In this document: positions 1-10,448 of the stretch, piece after piece
Layout of the letters: each line of letters starts with the position of its first letter
Position numbering within the stretch: position 1 is the first letter of the stretch
Assembly: GCA_015061115.1 (NCBI GenBank)
Contig: SUXE01000006.1
Location: 1 to 64,000 of the forward strand
Origin: Bacteroidales bacterium
GTDB lineage: Bacteria; Bacteroidota; Bacteroidia; Bacteroidales; Paludibacteraceae
Direction of reading: 5' to 3'
DNA: 64,000 bases
Notes under the pieces: model-generated
The model's input: only the letters and a program-made list of their open reading frames with translations
Told to the model about the DNA's origin: nothing
Databases searched by the model: none
Program-made: the position numbers and the translations under genes

Positions 1-72
1 GCCTTCCCAGCGTCCCCAGTCTGGATCCTATATTTTTTTCAATTTTTCTTGGATATATCATAAGAATATTCA

Positions 73-254
73 TAATTGTTGGTAAACCCATGCATTTGGC
101 AAATATCCCCTCTCGAGACGCAAGGACGTGCAATAATCAATTCATAATGCATAATGCAAAATTCGTAATTGTCGGGAAACCCATACAATAGGTAAACATA
201 TACTCTCGAGACGCACGCACGTGCGTGTAATAGATTGCGTGAAATAATCAATTG
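73..254. repeat. Two tandem copies of a ~90-bp repeat (units ~73-143 and ~165-254). Shared core CTCTCGAGACGCA; copy 2 contains the perfect palindrome CGCACGTGCG.
   Basis: Direct reading: aattgtYgGKaaacccat...ctctcgagacgca...ataatcaatt occurs twice. The overlapping minus ORF 39..251 is judged spurious. Confidence 0.6.
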
Positions 255-347
255 TAAATCGTAAATTACGCCGTTAGGCGTTTAATATTGGTGATTTGAT
301 ACCTAATTTCGTCCATTTTTAGCCAAAAAATGTCAATTAAAAGCGTG

Positions 348-383
348 TTTGGCTGATTAAGTAAGTGATTTTTTATAATTTTG
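348..383 (+). promoter_or_regulatory. Putative Bacteroidetes sigmaA-type promoter for manA (-33 TTTG at 348-351, -7 TAATTTTG at 376-383). It overlaps an inverted repeat TTTGC-N4-GCAAA.
   Basis: TAnnTTTG consensus lies ~33 nt upstream of the ATG at 416; TTTG lies ~25 nt further upstream. Confidence 0.3.
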
Positions 384-415
384 CACCCGCAAATAAAAAC
401 AGATTTTAGAAATAG

Positions 416-1462
416 ATGTCTCAGGAAACTCTATATCCATTATTGCTGAACAATAATCTTCATACAAAAGTGTGGGGTGGCACACGTATCAAACCGATGA
501 AAGGATTGGATGCTGATTCGGAGCGCATAGGTGAGAGTTGGGAGTGCAGTGCGGTGCCAGGAAGTGAGTCTGTTGTGGAAAATGGAATTTTTGCCGGTCG
601 CACTCTTAATTCGCTAGTCGACGAATATGGAGAAAAACTGCTTGGCAAGAAAGTCTATAAAATGTATGGCGCGAAGTTTCCATTGTTGATCAAATTTATT
701 GATGCTGAATCAGATCTGTCGATTCAGGTTCATCCCGACAACAAAATGGCGAAAGAGTATCATGATTCGTTTGGAAAGACGGAGATGTGGTATGTGATGG
801 ATGCAAAGCCTGGGGCAAAACTTTATTCTGGATTTAAGTGTCAGATCTCGGAATATGAGTATAAGAAGCGTGTGGAAGACGGTACTATATGCGATGTTTT
901 GCAGGAGCATCCTGTGAAGAGCGGTGACGCTTTTTTTATCCCTGCCGGACGTATTCATGCCATCTGTGGAGGAATCATGGTTGCTGAGATCCAACAAAGT
1001 TCAGATCTGACATACCGTATATTCGATTATAACCGACCTGGTTTGGATGGCAAACCACGTCAGCTCCATACTGAACTTGCTGCAAAAGCTATTGATTTTA
1101 AGGTTTACGACAACTATCGCAGCGAGTATGTAAGAAAAATCAACAAACCTGTATGTATTGCTGAATGTGAGTTTTTCACAGTCAAGTTGCTTGAAGTAGA
1201 CAGAGCATTTCATCGAAAATTATACAAGTACGACTCTTTTATATCATATATGTGTCTTGAAGGCACATGCACAATCACTATCCGATCATGGGAGATGTTT
1301 GATAAAAAGAATGAGCCTTGTGTCCGTAAAATCACATTGACAAAAGGAAACAGCTGTCTGATACCGGCTGGAATCGCCGATTTTGATGTCACTCCACATA
1401 ACCCAGATGGCCTTACAAAACTGTTGGAGACATATATTAATAATCGTGATTTTAACGGTTGA
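416..1462 (+). CDS. manA: Mannose-6-phosphate isomerase, class I
   Basis: 348 aa. N-terminal KVWGGTRI, HPDNK and KTEMWYV motifs are typical of type I PMI (cupin fold). Confidence 0.9.
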   Translation: MSQETLYPLLLNNNLHTKVWGGTRIKPMKGLDADSERIGESWECSAVPGSESVVENGIFAGRTLNSLVDEYGEKLLGKKVYKMYGAKFPLLIKFIDAESDLSIQVHPDNKMAKEYHDSFGKTEMWYVMDAKPGAKLYSGFKCQISEYEYKKRVEDGTICDVLQEHPVKSGDAFFIPAGRIHAICGGIMVAEIQQSSDLTYRIFDYNRPGLDGKPRQLHTELAAKAIDFKVYDNYRSEYVRKINKPVCIAECEFFTVKLLEVDRAFHRKLYKYDSFISYMCLEGTCTITIRSWEMFDKKNEPCVRKITLTKGNSCLIPAGIADFDVTPHNPDGLTKLLETYINNRDFNG

Positions 1463-1741
1463 TTATATCTGTAGATGACATAAATCATTGAATTTTAGTT
1501 TAAATCGGCCTGAAAAACCTTAATTTTCGGGTGCAAATGTTAATTAATATTAAAATTTACCAATTAAATTCAAATCCAATTAATTTAAGTGAATCATTGT
1601 AAGGAAAATCACTTACCTTTGTCACATACAAGAAACCGATGATAAGTGATGTATTTGTAGAGAATAGTTTATAGGGGGTGCAAATTTAACTGTTTTCATT
1701 CTTACTAAACCGAATATATCCGACGTTTGTTTTTTGTTTTC

Positions 1742-1770
1742 ATAAACGCAGTTATAGTACTTGCGTTTAT
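1742..1770. promoter_or_regulatory. Perfect 9-bp inverted repeat ATAAACGCA-N11-TGCGTTTAT. It could be an operator or a terminator-like hairpin in the manA / trx-like intergenic region.
   Basis: Seen directly in sequence; a T-rich tract follows ~15 nt later. Confidence 0.3.
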
Positions 1771-1821
1771 AGAAGCATTTAGGGATTTTTTTGTTATTAG
1801 AGAACTATTAAAAGGATTTTT

Positions 1822-2091
1822 ATGGAAATTAAGGTATTAGGTACTGAATGTGCTGCAAGTAATTCGTTGGAACGTTTTGTCAATAAGGCAATTAACGATC
1901 TATCTATTGATGCCAAGATAACTAAGGTAGTTGACATCATTGAAATTTTTAAGTATAACGTCGTGACTCTACCTGCGATTGTAATCGACAATAAAGTTGT
2001 TGCAAAAGGCAAGGTGAGCTTCGATGAAATCAAGGATTTGTTGGCTGACAACAGCTCTAAGTACGTATATACCGATATGTATTTGTCCTAA
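1822..2091 (+). CDS. Small thioredoxin-fold protein (redox-active disulfide protein 2 / TM0487-like) with a degenerate CXXC (C-A-A-S)
   Basis: 89 aa. MEIKVLGTECAAS...TLPAIVIDNKVVAKGKVSFDEIKDLL matches the KIxVLGxGCxxC...PALVIDGKVV family pattern but keeps only one Cys. Confidence 0.55.
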   Translation: MEIKVLGTECAASNSLERFVNKAINDLSIDAKITKVVDIIEIFKYNVVTLPAIVIDNKVVAKGKVSFDEIKDLLADNSSKYVYTDMYLS

Positions 2092-2230
2092 AATGTGAAG
2101 TGACTTTGGGTATCATGATATTTGAAATATAGGCAGTCCATATGGATTGCCTTTTTTAGTTTGTGATTATAGGTCATTATTTTGCAAAAAGTGATAATTA
2201 TATATCTTTGTGATACTTAACTTGATACTA

Positions 2231-3316
2231 ATGCGTATGAAAAAGATTTGTTTGTTGCTTTTTGTCATTGTCCTCATCTGTGGCTTCTTCTTTATTGCTG
2301 GAAATAAATCTAAACCTGTTTCAGCGGATATGGAAGATGATTCAACTGCATCAAAGACACAGATGCAAGCCGCTGAAGTCTCGGATCTTGAACCTGATTT
2401 TGTAGTTCCTACTACATATCTGATAGATAAAAAGACTACCAAACGATCAATTTGTACTCATCCAATGTATTATGTAGGCAAGTTGAATGAGGATAGTGTT
2501 TTGTTTCGTTGTTTTAAAGAGTTTCAATATTATGTAAAAACGGACAGTATTTATTCTTTGTTAGAAGATGTTGTTGCTTTTCCTGATTCTGATTTGATTG
2601 ATGTATATAAAGATAAATTTCTATGGTATGTTTATTCTGATAGTAGTAGGAAACTAGTGTGTAGACAAGGACAAAAAATTTTGTTTGAACATGATTTTCC
2701 GATTCCTCAAGGCAATCGATTCGATGCTATGTTTTTCAGTCACGGTAATTCTATTTCAGTAAAATCTTATAATGATCCATGGAAAAAGTGTGGAGAACTT
2801 GATCCAATTACGTATATTGTTGATTTGGAGTCGCTTGTTATCAAAAAGATGAGGATTGATAGCAGCATAAATGTCATCCCTTTTGGAAAAAAGATTTATT
2901 ATTCAAAACAAAAAAATTATTCTTTACCAGACGAGGAAAATGAATATTCTACAATGGATATACACTGTATTGATGAAAATGGAAAAGAATCTGTGATTGC
3001 TAAAGATGCATTTATGCATAGTATCTCTCCAAATGAAAAATACATGTTGGCAGAAAAAATGCTTTATGGGAAAAGTGTTCCTGTCATTATTGACTTAGAT
3101 CTGAAAAAATGTTTATATCTGTTTGGTAAGGAGGATTGGTCGCTGTATCATATCTTTTTTGATGAGCGAAAGGTGGAGTTTGCATGCGATCTTGGAACAC
3201 AAATTGAATATTTCTCTTCTGAAAATTCATTCTCGCACGACCCATTGAAAGTGTTTTCCAGAAATAAACAGGATTGTGACAGGTTTTGGGAATCACATCA
3301 ATTGAGTAATGACTAG
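2231..3316 (+). CDS. Hypothetical membrane-anchored protein (N-terminal TM/signal-anchor)
   Basis: Long ORF. Start moved to MRMKKICLLLFVIVLICGFFF (a hydrophobic N-terminus); no recognisable domains. Confidence 0.5.
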   Translation: MRMKKICLLLFVIVLICGFFFIAGNKSKPVSADMEDDSTASKTQMQAAEVSDLEPDFVVPTTYLIDKKTTKRSICTHPMYYVGKLNEDSVLFRCFKEFQYYVKTDSIYSLLEDVVAFPDSDLIDVYKDKFLWYVYSDSSRKLVCRQGQKILFEHDFPIPQGNRFDAMFFSHGNSISVKSYNDPWKKCGELDPITYIVDLESLVIKKMRIDSSINVIPFGKKIYYSKQKNYSLPDEENEYSTMDIHCIDENGKESVIAKDAFMHSISPNEKYMLAEKMLYGKSVPVIIDLDLKKCLYLFGKEDWSLYHIFFDERKVEFACDLGTQIEYFSSENSFSHDPLKVFSRNKQDCDRFWESHQLSND

Positions 3317-4071
3317 TGATTTATCCCCTTGACGGCGATAATGCTTGCTTCATATAGCAGATAGATTGGCAGACTCACCAGCATCAGCGTCATTATATCG
3401 GTGGTGGGGGTGATGATGGCGGCGACGATAAGGATGGCTACTATTGCATGTCGACGGTACTCTTTCATGAAATCTGCGGTGAGAATGCCCATTTTGCCAA
3501 GTATCATACATAATATCGGCAACTCAAACACTATTCCCAGCATCAGTGTCAGCATCGTCAACGTGTCTATATATGAACTTAATGTGATGATGTTCGCAAC
3601 GTCTTCGCTGACTTGATAATCTCCTAAGAATCGTATTGTGAGAGGAAATACCAGAAAATAGCTCAATGCTACGCCAATCATAAACATGATGTATCCAGCC
3701 ACTACTAATAATCTGGCATATTTACGTTCTGCCTCATACAATGCCGGTGAGACAAACGCAAAGATAGAGTAGAGTATGTATGGGCTGACGCAGATGAGCC
3801 CGACGATTATACTCACCTGTATGTGGACGGAAAACTGAGATGTGAGCTGGGTGTTGATGAGGTTGAGGTTGAAATCTGCCAATTCACCAAACCTGGAAAT
3901 GAATCTGTAGGTGATGAAATCAGATTTTGATGGTGCCAATACGATGGAAAACAACTCCGTCTTCATGGCAAATGCGACAACCGCACCTACTAATACGGTG
4001 ATTATAATGCGTATTAAGCAGGTGCGTAATTCGTCTAAATGATCCCAAAATGATTTGGTCTGATTTGTCAC
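3313..4071 (-). CDS. tatC: Twin-arginine translocase subunit TatC (GTG start)
   Basis: 252 aa, multi-TM. N-terminus [14 protein letters not shown] is characteristic of TatC. Overlaps tatA by 4 nt. Confidence 0.9.
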   Translation of the reverse strand: MTNQTKSFWDHLDELRTCLIRIIITVLVGAVVAFAMKTELFSIVLAPSKSDFITYRFISRFGELADFNLNLINTQLTSQFSVHIQVSIIVGLICVSPYILYSIFAFVSPALYEAERKYARLLVVAGYIMFMIGVALSYFLVFPLTIRFLGDYQVSEDVANIITLSSYIDTLTMLTLMLGIVFELPILCMILGKMGILTADFMKEYRRHAIVAILIVAAIITPTTDIMTLMLVSLPIYLLYEASIIAVKGINH

Positions 4072-4241
4072 TTTTCTTCTTTTTCTTTTTCGTCGTCAGA
4101 TGTGACGTCTTTCATTCCGTCTTTGAAACTGCGGACTCCTTTTCCTAGTCCACGCATCAATTCTGGAATTTTCTTGCCGCCGAACAAAAGTAGAACGACA
4201 AGCATAATCACTAAAAGTTCTGATCCTCCTAATCCAAACAT
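4068..4241 (-). CDS. tatA: Twin-arginine translocase subunit TatA/E (57 aa, absent from the ORF track)
   Basis: Manual translation gives [57 protein letters not shown]. This has the TatA TM helix plus hinge plus amphipathic helix, and sits directly upstream of tatC. Confidence 0.8.
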   Translation of the reverse strand: MFGLGGSELLVIMLVVLLLFGGKKIPELMRGLGKGVRSFKDGMKDVTSDDEKEKEEK

Positions 4242-4252
4242 ATCGTTGTGAT

Positions 4253-4768
4253 TTATTTGATTAATACGTATTTTAATAGCAGATATCCGCCGAATAGTTG
4301 CAAAAGCATGCCGGGAATACCCATTCTGAAGTCGCTTATCGCAGCATAGAAATCATGTTGGAACAATGCGAATTCACCTAATGTTCCTATCACCTGATAA
4401 ACCAGTACTGTCGCCAACAATGTCGGTAATGTCACTTTGTTTGTCCTCTCTGCTATCATTCCTGCCACTACTGCCAACACAACTGATTTGCATAGTATTG
4501 ACGGCAGTACAGCCAACGGTGGCATTCCGAACATCAAATGGTTGATCAACGGTGAGAGAACGGCTGTGAGTAGACCTACTGCCATTCCATATTTGTAGGC
4601 TCCTATCAAAGTGAAGAAGTATATTGGCAACCATACGTGGCCTGCATGACTTCCTCCGATAAAGTGGCACAACTGTGGCATTAAAATGTTGCCGATCACA
4701 AATAGTGTCGACATCATGTAAGTGTCGACCTGATTCAACTGGTAACTGTGTAAAGAATTGTTGTCCAT
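4253..4768 (-). CDS. Small polytopic membrane protein, possibly an ECF-transporter S-component-like vitamin uptake protein
   Basis: 171 aa with ~5 TM segments and an HxGH-like motif; assignment is by general shape only. Confidence 0.35.
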   Translation of the reverse strand: MDNNSLHSYQLNQVDTYMMSTLFVIGNILMPQLCHFIGGSHAGHVWLPIYFFTLIGAYKYGMAVGLLTAVLSPLINHLMFGMPPLAVLPSILCKSVVLAVVAGMIAERTNKVTLPTLLATVLVYQVIGTLGEFALFQHDFYAAISDFRMGIPGMLLQLFGGYLLLKYVLIK

Positions 4769-4843
4769 GAAGATTATTTTTTCATTTTGTGAATGTTTCT
4801 TTTCTGCAAAGTTAATATTGTTGGCTCTAATGGCAAAATTTAA

Positions 4844-5695
4844 TTATGATTCAGATTTTATTTTCTCTGCTTCTTTCTCGTCTAATTTTGCCTCCAAACG
4901 TTCAATATGATTTTTTAACTCAGTGATTTGCTGCAATAATTCAGCGTTGGTGACTTTCTTTGTCTTCATCTTGTTCTTCATGTCAGTGACATCGTCGTCG
5001 TCGGATAGGTCACTTGTGGCGTTTACTACGACTCCTACCACCACGTTCAACACAATGTAAGAAGAAATCATGACAAATGGCACAAAGTAGCACCAAGCCC
5101 ATGGAAATACCTTCATCACTGGTCTGGCAATACCCATCGACCAACTTTCAAGTGTGGTGACTTGGAATAGTGTGTACACCGTCTCTCCAAGAGTTCCGAA
5201 CCATTGTGGAAATTCCTCGTGGAAAAGGTTTTGTCCCATTATTCCGAAGATATAGAAGATGATCATCAGCAACACAGCCGCCCAGAAAACGTGTGGGGCT
5301 GATACTAATATGGCAGAAACAATATGACGCAGTTTCTTAAATGACGACACCATTCTCAACGCTCTCATCACTCTGAACACTCGGAATGTGATGGCTGCAC
5401 CTGTCTCTGGCATCAGTGCGATTGATACAAGTACAAAATCGAATATGTTCCATCCGTTGAGGAAGAATCGCCAGCCTTTAGCAATGATTCTCAGTATGAT
5501 TTCCACAGTGAAGATGGCGACACATGTAGAAAGAATAAACTCTAATATTTTTCCAAATTTGGCATAGATCGCGTCACTGGTAATCAATCCTAACACGATC
5601 GAGTTTATAAGAATTATAAGGACAATCGTGTTTTTGAAGATTTTACTGCTCGTTACTCGTACGCAGAACTCGTGTATTTGTGAGAAAATATTCAT
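4844..5695 (-). CDS. Voltage-gated sodium channel, NavBac family (single 6-TM domain)
   Basis: Pore sequence FQVTTLESWSMGIARPVM is almost identical to the NavAb/NaChBac selectivity filter TLESWSM. S4-like RVFRVMRALRMV is present, and there is a C-terminal coiled coil. Confidence 0.8.
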   Translation of the reverse strand: MNIFSQIHEFCVRVTSSKIFKNTIVLIILINSIVLGLITSDAIYAKFGKILEFILSTCVAIFTVEIILRIIAKGWRFFLNGWNIFDFVLVSIALMPETGAAITFRVFRVMRALRMVSSFKKLRHIVSAILVSAPHVFWAAVLLMIIFYIFGIMGQNLFHEEFPQWFGTLGETVYTLFQVTTLESWSMGIARPVMKVFPWAWCYFVPFVMISSYIVLNVVVGVVVNATSDLSDDDDVTDMKNKMKTKKVTNAELLQQITELKNHIERLEAKLDEKEAEKIKSES

Positions 5696-5719
5696 TGGGT
5701 GAGTTTTAAGGACTAATAC

Positions 5720-6478
5720 TTATTCAAATGCTATGGATAATCCGTCGTAAGCAAACAGGATATTTTCTGGCACGAGGTCTTCTATCTCTGAATGCAGACC
5801 GATATGATGGCACATGTGTGTGAAGAATGTCTGTTTCGCACCGATTCTTCTGGCCATTTCCATAGCCTCTTGGAATTTTTGGTGTGAATGATGCTCAGTC
5901 ATACGTAGGCATCCCAACACTACGACTTCCAATCCTTTGAGTTTTTCATATTCGGCATCGTCAGCAAGTGATGATACATCTGTGATGTAGGCGAAACTGC
6001 CGATTCTGTAACCTTTTATTTCCATCTTTCCGTGCATAACTCTGATTGGAGTCACTTCGATTGTCCCGTCGCATATCTTGAAAGGCTCGTTGCTGATTCT
6101 TTCAAGGCTGAGTGATGGCACTCCAGGATATGGGTTTTCTGCAAAACAGTAGCCATACATTTGTCTTACAGCATCTTCTGTCTGTTTGTCGAGATATATT
6201 TTATTGTTTCCAAGTGGACGCAGGTCATCTATACCTCCGATGTGGTCGATATGTTTGTGAGTGAGTAGGATGGAGTCTATTTTGTCAATACCATGAAACA
6301 GCATCTGAGCACGGAAATCAGGACCACAGTCAATCAGGATGTTTTTGTCATCAACTTCCAAAAACACACTTGCGCGCATACGTTTGTCTCGTATGTCATC
6401 CGATTGGCATACTTTACATTTGCATCCTATCACTGGCACTCCTGATGATGTGCCTGTACCTAAAAACGTCAATCTCAT
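5720..6478 (-). CDS. MBL-fold metallo-hydrolase (PhnP/YhfI-like)
   Basis: HKHIDHIGG (HxHxDH) motif; N-terminal Cys cluster CKCKVC. Confidence 0.85.
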   Translation of the reverse strand: MRLTFLGTGTSSGVPVIGCKCKVCQSDDIRDKRMRASVFLEVDDKNILIDCGPDFRAQMLFHGIDKIDSILLTHKHIDHIGGIDDLRPLGNNKIYLDKQTEDAVRQMYGYCFAENPYPGVPSLSLERISNEPFKICDGTIEVTPIRVMHGKMEIKGYRIGSFAYITDVSSLADDAEYEKLKGLEVVVLGCLRMTEHHSHQKFQEAMEMARRIGAKQTFFTHMCHHIGLHSEIEDLVPENILFAYDGLSIAFE

Positions 6479-6495
6479 TGTTAATCAAATATATC

Positions 6496-7869
6496 TCAGA
6501 ATATATCTATGTATCGGCTTTTGTCTGCGGACATTAAAATTCTCCAATTTTGTGGATAAAGGTTGTTGGCTCTGCCGCCAAGATTCTTTACAAATCCGAT
6601 TGGCACATTTTTGTATGTCAGCATCAGCCATCCTTTTTTGTCGCTTTCCACCTCGATGTTGTCTTTCCTCAAAAATGCGATCGCTTTTTCCCAGTCGACT
6701 TCCTCTTTCTCAAAGAAATCTTTATTCACAATATTGCTGATGGCAAGATTGTGCTGAGGAATAATGTCTTTTCCTTTTTGGATGTAGACGGGGATTCCAT
6801 ATTGAAGAAGACGTAGGTTTTGATTCAAAAACTGTATCAGCTGCTCAAATTCGGTAGGGTAGGCTATTCCGTCTGCCACAGTGATAGATGAGTCGTCGAT
6901 CCATTTCATCACCTCAGCTGGAGTGGGTTGGCTGACATTTCCTTTGTTTCCTTTTTTCTTATCCTGCTTTGTGCGGATGGATATCTCGTCTTCCTGCTGA
7001 TTCTTGCGGAATGCGGCAATGTAAAATCCTTCTCCTTTTGTCTTGTGAGGATAGAAATGGTAGCCACATTTGTCTTTGGTTACTCCGCTATCTGCTGGAA
7101 AATCAATGTCTAACACGTCTGCTCCAAGTTCATCGGCAATCCATTGTGCATTCTCATCATCCTCATGCGGATTGAATGTACATGTGCTGTAGATTAGAAT
7201 TCCGTCTTCTTTCAAAGCAGGAAAAACATCTTTCAGGATTGTGCGTTGTCTGTCTGCACACATCTTCACATTGTCACGGCTCCATTCCGAAACCGCAACT
7301 TCGTCCTTTCTGAACATGCCTTCGCCTGAGCATGGCGCGTCGACGAGAATCAGATCAAACAATCCTGTCAGTTCAGTGAATGATGATGGCATGACGGAGC
7401 ATACGGCAGTGTTGGCGAATCCCCATTTAGACACGTTCTCACACAATGTCTTTGTGCGAGTCTTTACAACTTCATTGCTCAACAGAAATCCGTTTCCATC
7501 AAGCAATGATGCCAAATGCGTGGTCTTTCCTCCAGGTGACGCGCATAAGTCGAGCACAATAGGACTCTCGACTCCTGTCATATACTGTTTGTATACCTGT
7601 CCGACAGCCATTGAACTTGCTTCCTGCACATAGTATGCTCCTGCGTGGAATAGCGGATCCATAGTGAAGGTAGGACGGTCGTTTAGATAATAACCGTCTT
7701 CGCACCATTTGACCTTTTCCAATGAGCATTCTGTATCAATTTTACGTCTGTTCAAACGAATGCTTGATACTGGTTCTGTGGCCAATGCATCAATCAATTG
7801 TTGATGTTCGTTTGGCAAATACTCACGCAAGTCTGCAATGAAATCGTCAGGCAACTGTATGTTTTCCAC
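6496..7869 (-). CDS. RsmB/RsmF-family 16S rRNA (cytosine-C5)-methyltransferase
   Basis: SAM motif DLCASPGGKT; catalytic DAPCSGEG and YSTCT motifs; C-terminal extension as in RsmF/YebU. Confidence 0.85.
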   Translation of the reverse strand: MENIQLPDDFIADLREYLPNEHQQLIDALATEPVSSIRLNRRKIDTECSLEKVKWCEDGYYLNDRPTFTMDPLFHAGAYYVQEASSMAVGQVYKQYMTGVESPIVLDLCASPGGKTTHLASLLDGNGFLLSNEVVKTRTKTLCENVSKWGFANTAVCSVMPSSFTELTGLFDLILVDAPCSGEGMFRKDEVAVSEWSRDNVKMCADRQRTILKDVFPALKEDGILIYSTCTFNPHEDDENAQWIADELGADVLDIDFPADSGVTKDKCGYHFYPHKTKGEGFYIAAFRKNQQEDEISIRTKQDKKKGNKGNVSQPTPAEVMKWIDDSSITVADGIAYPTEFEQLIQFLNQNLRLLQYGIPVYIQKGKDIIPQHNLAISNIVNKDFFEKEEVDWEKAIAFLRKDNIEVESDKKGWLMLTYKNVPIGFVKNLGGRANNLYPQNWRILMSADKSRYIDIF

Positions 7870-7873
7870 TGTT

Positions 7874-9883
7874 TTATCTGTCTAATTTTAGAACCATGCA
7901 AGAACGGGCAGGAATGTATAGTTTCAACCACTCTTTGCCGGCAGATGTGTGATTCATGTCTTCCATCGTAAAATGCTCCTGAGCTTCGTCGACTTGGCCA
8001 AAACCGCCAAAGACTTTTGAATCAGATGTTAATACCATTTCGTATTTGCCTGCTGGTGCAAGAATACCGTAGTCGGTAAACGATTTAAATGGATGGAAAT
8101 TGAATACGAACACAAGTTCATCTCTGCGGAATGCAAGCACCTGGTCGTCGCTCTTATCCCATAGCACTTCGATCGGCATCGTGTTGAATTTATGCACGCT
8201 GCTGACAAGTTTGATGATAGCCTTATCCCAGTCTCCTAAATATTTGTATTTCAAGTTAGGATCATCGACCAAATGCCACTGGCGACGAGCATATTTGTAT
8301 GACCATCCGTTACCTTCACGTGGAAAATCAATCCATTCTGGATGACCAAACTCATTACCCATGAAGTTGAGGTAACCTCCGTTGATTGATGCCAATGTGA
8401 TTAGTCGGATCATCTTGTGGAGTGCGATTGCACGGTCTACCATGTATGAACTGTCGTATAAGTTCGACATGTGCCAATACATATCCGCGTCTGCGAGACG
8501 GAAAATTATCGTCTTGTCTCCCACCAATGCCTGGTCGTGGCTTTCAGCGTAGTTTATAGTTTTCTCTTCCGCTCTATGGTTTGTGAGAACCCAAAGAATA
8601 TGGCCTGGTTTCCACTCTTCGTCCTTGACCTCCTTGATCATCTTTATCCAGAAATCAGGTATTCCCATGGCAAGACGGTAGTCGAATCCCATACCTCCGT
8701 CTTCAATTTTAGCCGCAACACCTGGCATTCCGCTGACCTCCTCCGCGATTGTGATTGCGTATGGATGCACTTGATGGATCAGTTTGTTTGCCAATGTCAG
8801 ATAGCATATAGCATCTCCGTCCTGATTGCCGTTGAAATAGTTGCCGTAATCTCCGAACACGTTGCCCATAGCGTGGTCTAGGAACAGCATTGAGCTTACA
8901 CCGTCGAATCTGAAACCGTCGAATTTAAATTCGTCAAGCCAGTATTTGCAGTTGGAAAGCAAGAAGTGTAGCACTTCAGGTTTCTCATAATTGTAGCATA
9001 GTGAATCCCACTGTGGATGTTCTCTGCGGTATCCGTCGTGGAAATATTGGTATGGAGTACCGTCGAACAAACCAAGTCCCTCCACTTGATTCTTCACAGC
9101 GTGTGAGTGGACAATATCCATGATCACAGCCAATCCACGCTTGTGAGCTTCGTCGATAAGCTCTTTAAGCTCTTCTGGTGTTCCGAATCGAGAAGACGGT
9201 GCGAATAGGCTTGATACGTGGTAGCCGAACGAACCGTAGTATGGATGCTCCTGAATTGCCATGATCTGAATACAGTTGTATCCGTCATCCACGATGCGAG
9301 GCAATATCTTTTCACGAAACTCTGTATATGAGGTTACTTTTTCCTCCTCACCACTCATTCCGATGTGGCATTCATAGATTAATAGAGGGGAAACGTTCGG
9401 TTTGAACTGCTTGATTTTGAATTTGTAAGGTTTTTCTGGAGCCCACACCTGAGCCGAGAAAATTTTAGTGGTATCATCCTGCACCACACGTCGGCACCAT
9501 GCAGGGATGCGTTCACCTTCACCGCCATTCCAATGAACTTTCAGTTTGTAAAGATCCTTGTGTTTCATTGCGGATTCTGGAAGTTCTATCTCCCATACAC
9601 CGTTATCCTTACGTTTCAAAGAATAAGCCTCGTCTTCCTTCCAATTGTTGAAGTCGCCGATGATATAGATAGCTGTAGCGTTGGGAGCCCATTCACGCAA
9701 TACCCATTTCTTGCCGACTTTGTGTAGTCCAAAATAGAGGTGTCCAGATGCAAAGTCAGCAAGGTTTTCCTTGTCTCCGACTAGTTGTGATTCTTTCCAC
9801 AAAAAATGCTTGTATCTTCCTACTAGCGCATTCTCAAAGGGTTTGAGCTGCTGATCATATTTCACCAAGTTAAGCATATCCAT
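7874..9883 (-). CDS. glgB: 1,4-alpha-glucan branching enzyme (GH13)
   Basis: 669 aa. GH13 catalytic regions (GFRFDGV, HSHAV...) and an N-terminal CBM48-like part. Confidence 0.9.
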   Translation of the reverse strand: MDMLNLVKYDQQLKPFENALVGRYKHFLWKESQLVGDKENLADFASGHLYFGLHKVGKKWVLREWAPNATAIYIIGDFNNWKEDEAYSLKRKDNGVWEIELPESAMKHKDLYKLKVHWNGGEGERIPAWCRRVVQDDTTKIFSAQVWAPEKPYKFKIKQFKPNVSPLLIYECHIGMSGEEEKVTSYTEFREKILPRIVDDGYNCIQIMAIQEHPYYGSFGYHVSSLFAPSSRFGTPEELKELIDEAHKRGLAVIMDIVHSHAVKNQVEGLGLFDGTPYQYFHDGYRREHPQWDSLCYNYEKPEVLHFLLSNCKYWLDEFKFDGFRFDGVSSMLFLDHAMGNVFGDYGNYFNGNQDGDAICYLTLANKLIHQVHPYAITIAEEVSGMPGVAAKIEDGGMGFDYRLAMGIPDFWIKMIKEVKDEEWKPGHILWVLTNHRAEEKTINYAESHDQALVGDKTIIFRLADADMYWHMSNLYDSSYMVDRAIALHKMIRLITLASINGGYLNFMGNEFGHPEWIDFPREGNGWSYKYARRQWHLVDDPNLKYKYLGDWDKAIIKLVSSVHKFNTMPIEVLWDKSDDQVLAFRRDELVFVFNFHPFKSFTDYGILAPAGKYEMVLTSDSKVFGGFGQVDEAQEHFTMEDMNHTSAGKEWLKLYIPARSCMVLKLDR

Positions 9884-9949
9884 AATCTTATCCTATTTTA
9901 TTTACACGACGAATCTACTGAATCGTTGGTTAAAAAACAAATCGTTTGT

Positions 9950-10390
9950 CTACAATTTAATTTTGACTACTATTTTTTTCTCGTAACCGCTTCCGATTAT
10001 TGGGGCGTGACCGTCGGAAGGAAAGAAAATTGCGAAATCTTCAGGTGTCAGACGGAAATATCCCGTCGGCATCTCTTTGTAAATCACATAGTCTTTTTCT
10101 GCGTCTTGTCTGTCGACGGTATGGCATTCAGAGCGAGGAATATATCCACATGTCTCTTCACCCACGATTGGAATCTGTATGTCGATATACTTGTCGTGAG
10201 CCTCTGGTGTCGCCACCTCTTTATTTCGTAATGTCGGTTCATCAACGTTGATGAAAACATCTTCGTCGATCACGATCTTTCCCGCAGGAATGGTTTTGAA
10301 ATCGTGAGAGAAAATATATTCAAAAGCCATTTTGAATTTTGGATGAAGCGAATAATATTTTGATGCTTCTGATATTTTGTCTAAAACCAT
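9950..10390 (-). CDS. YhcH/YjgK/YiaL (DUF386) family protein
   Basis: 146 aa. YIDIQIPIVGEE matches the family YLDIQIVLKGQE region. Confidence 0.7.
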   Translation of the reverse strand: MVLDKISEASKYYSLHPKFKMAFEYIFSHDFKTIPAGKIVIDEDVFINVDEPTLRNKEVATPEAHDKYIDIQIPIVGEETCGYIPRSECHTVDRQDAEKDYVIYKEMPTGYFRLTPEDFAIFFPSDGHAPIIGSGYEKKIVVKIKL

Positions 10391-10448
10391 AGTTTTATTA
10401 GTCTTAATTCTGGTTAATAATTAAAAGTCAATGCTCGTCACGATTATT

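Noticed and set aside
39-251. 70-aa minus-strand ORF
   Set aside because: It lies entirely within the 90-bp tandem repeat, has an implausible composition and no start context, so it is taken as a repeat artefact.
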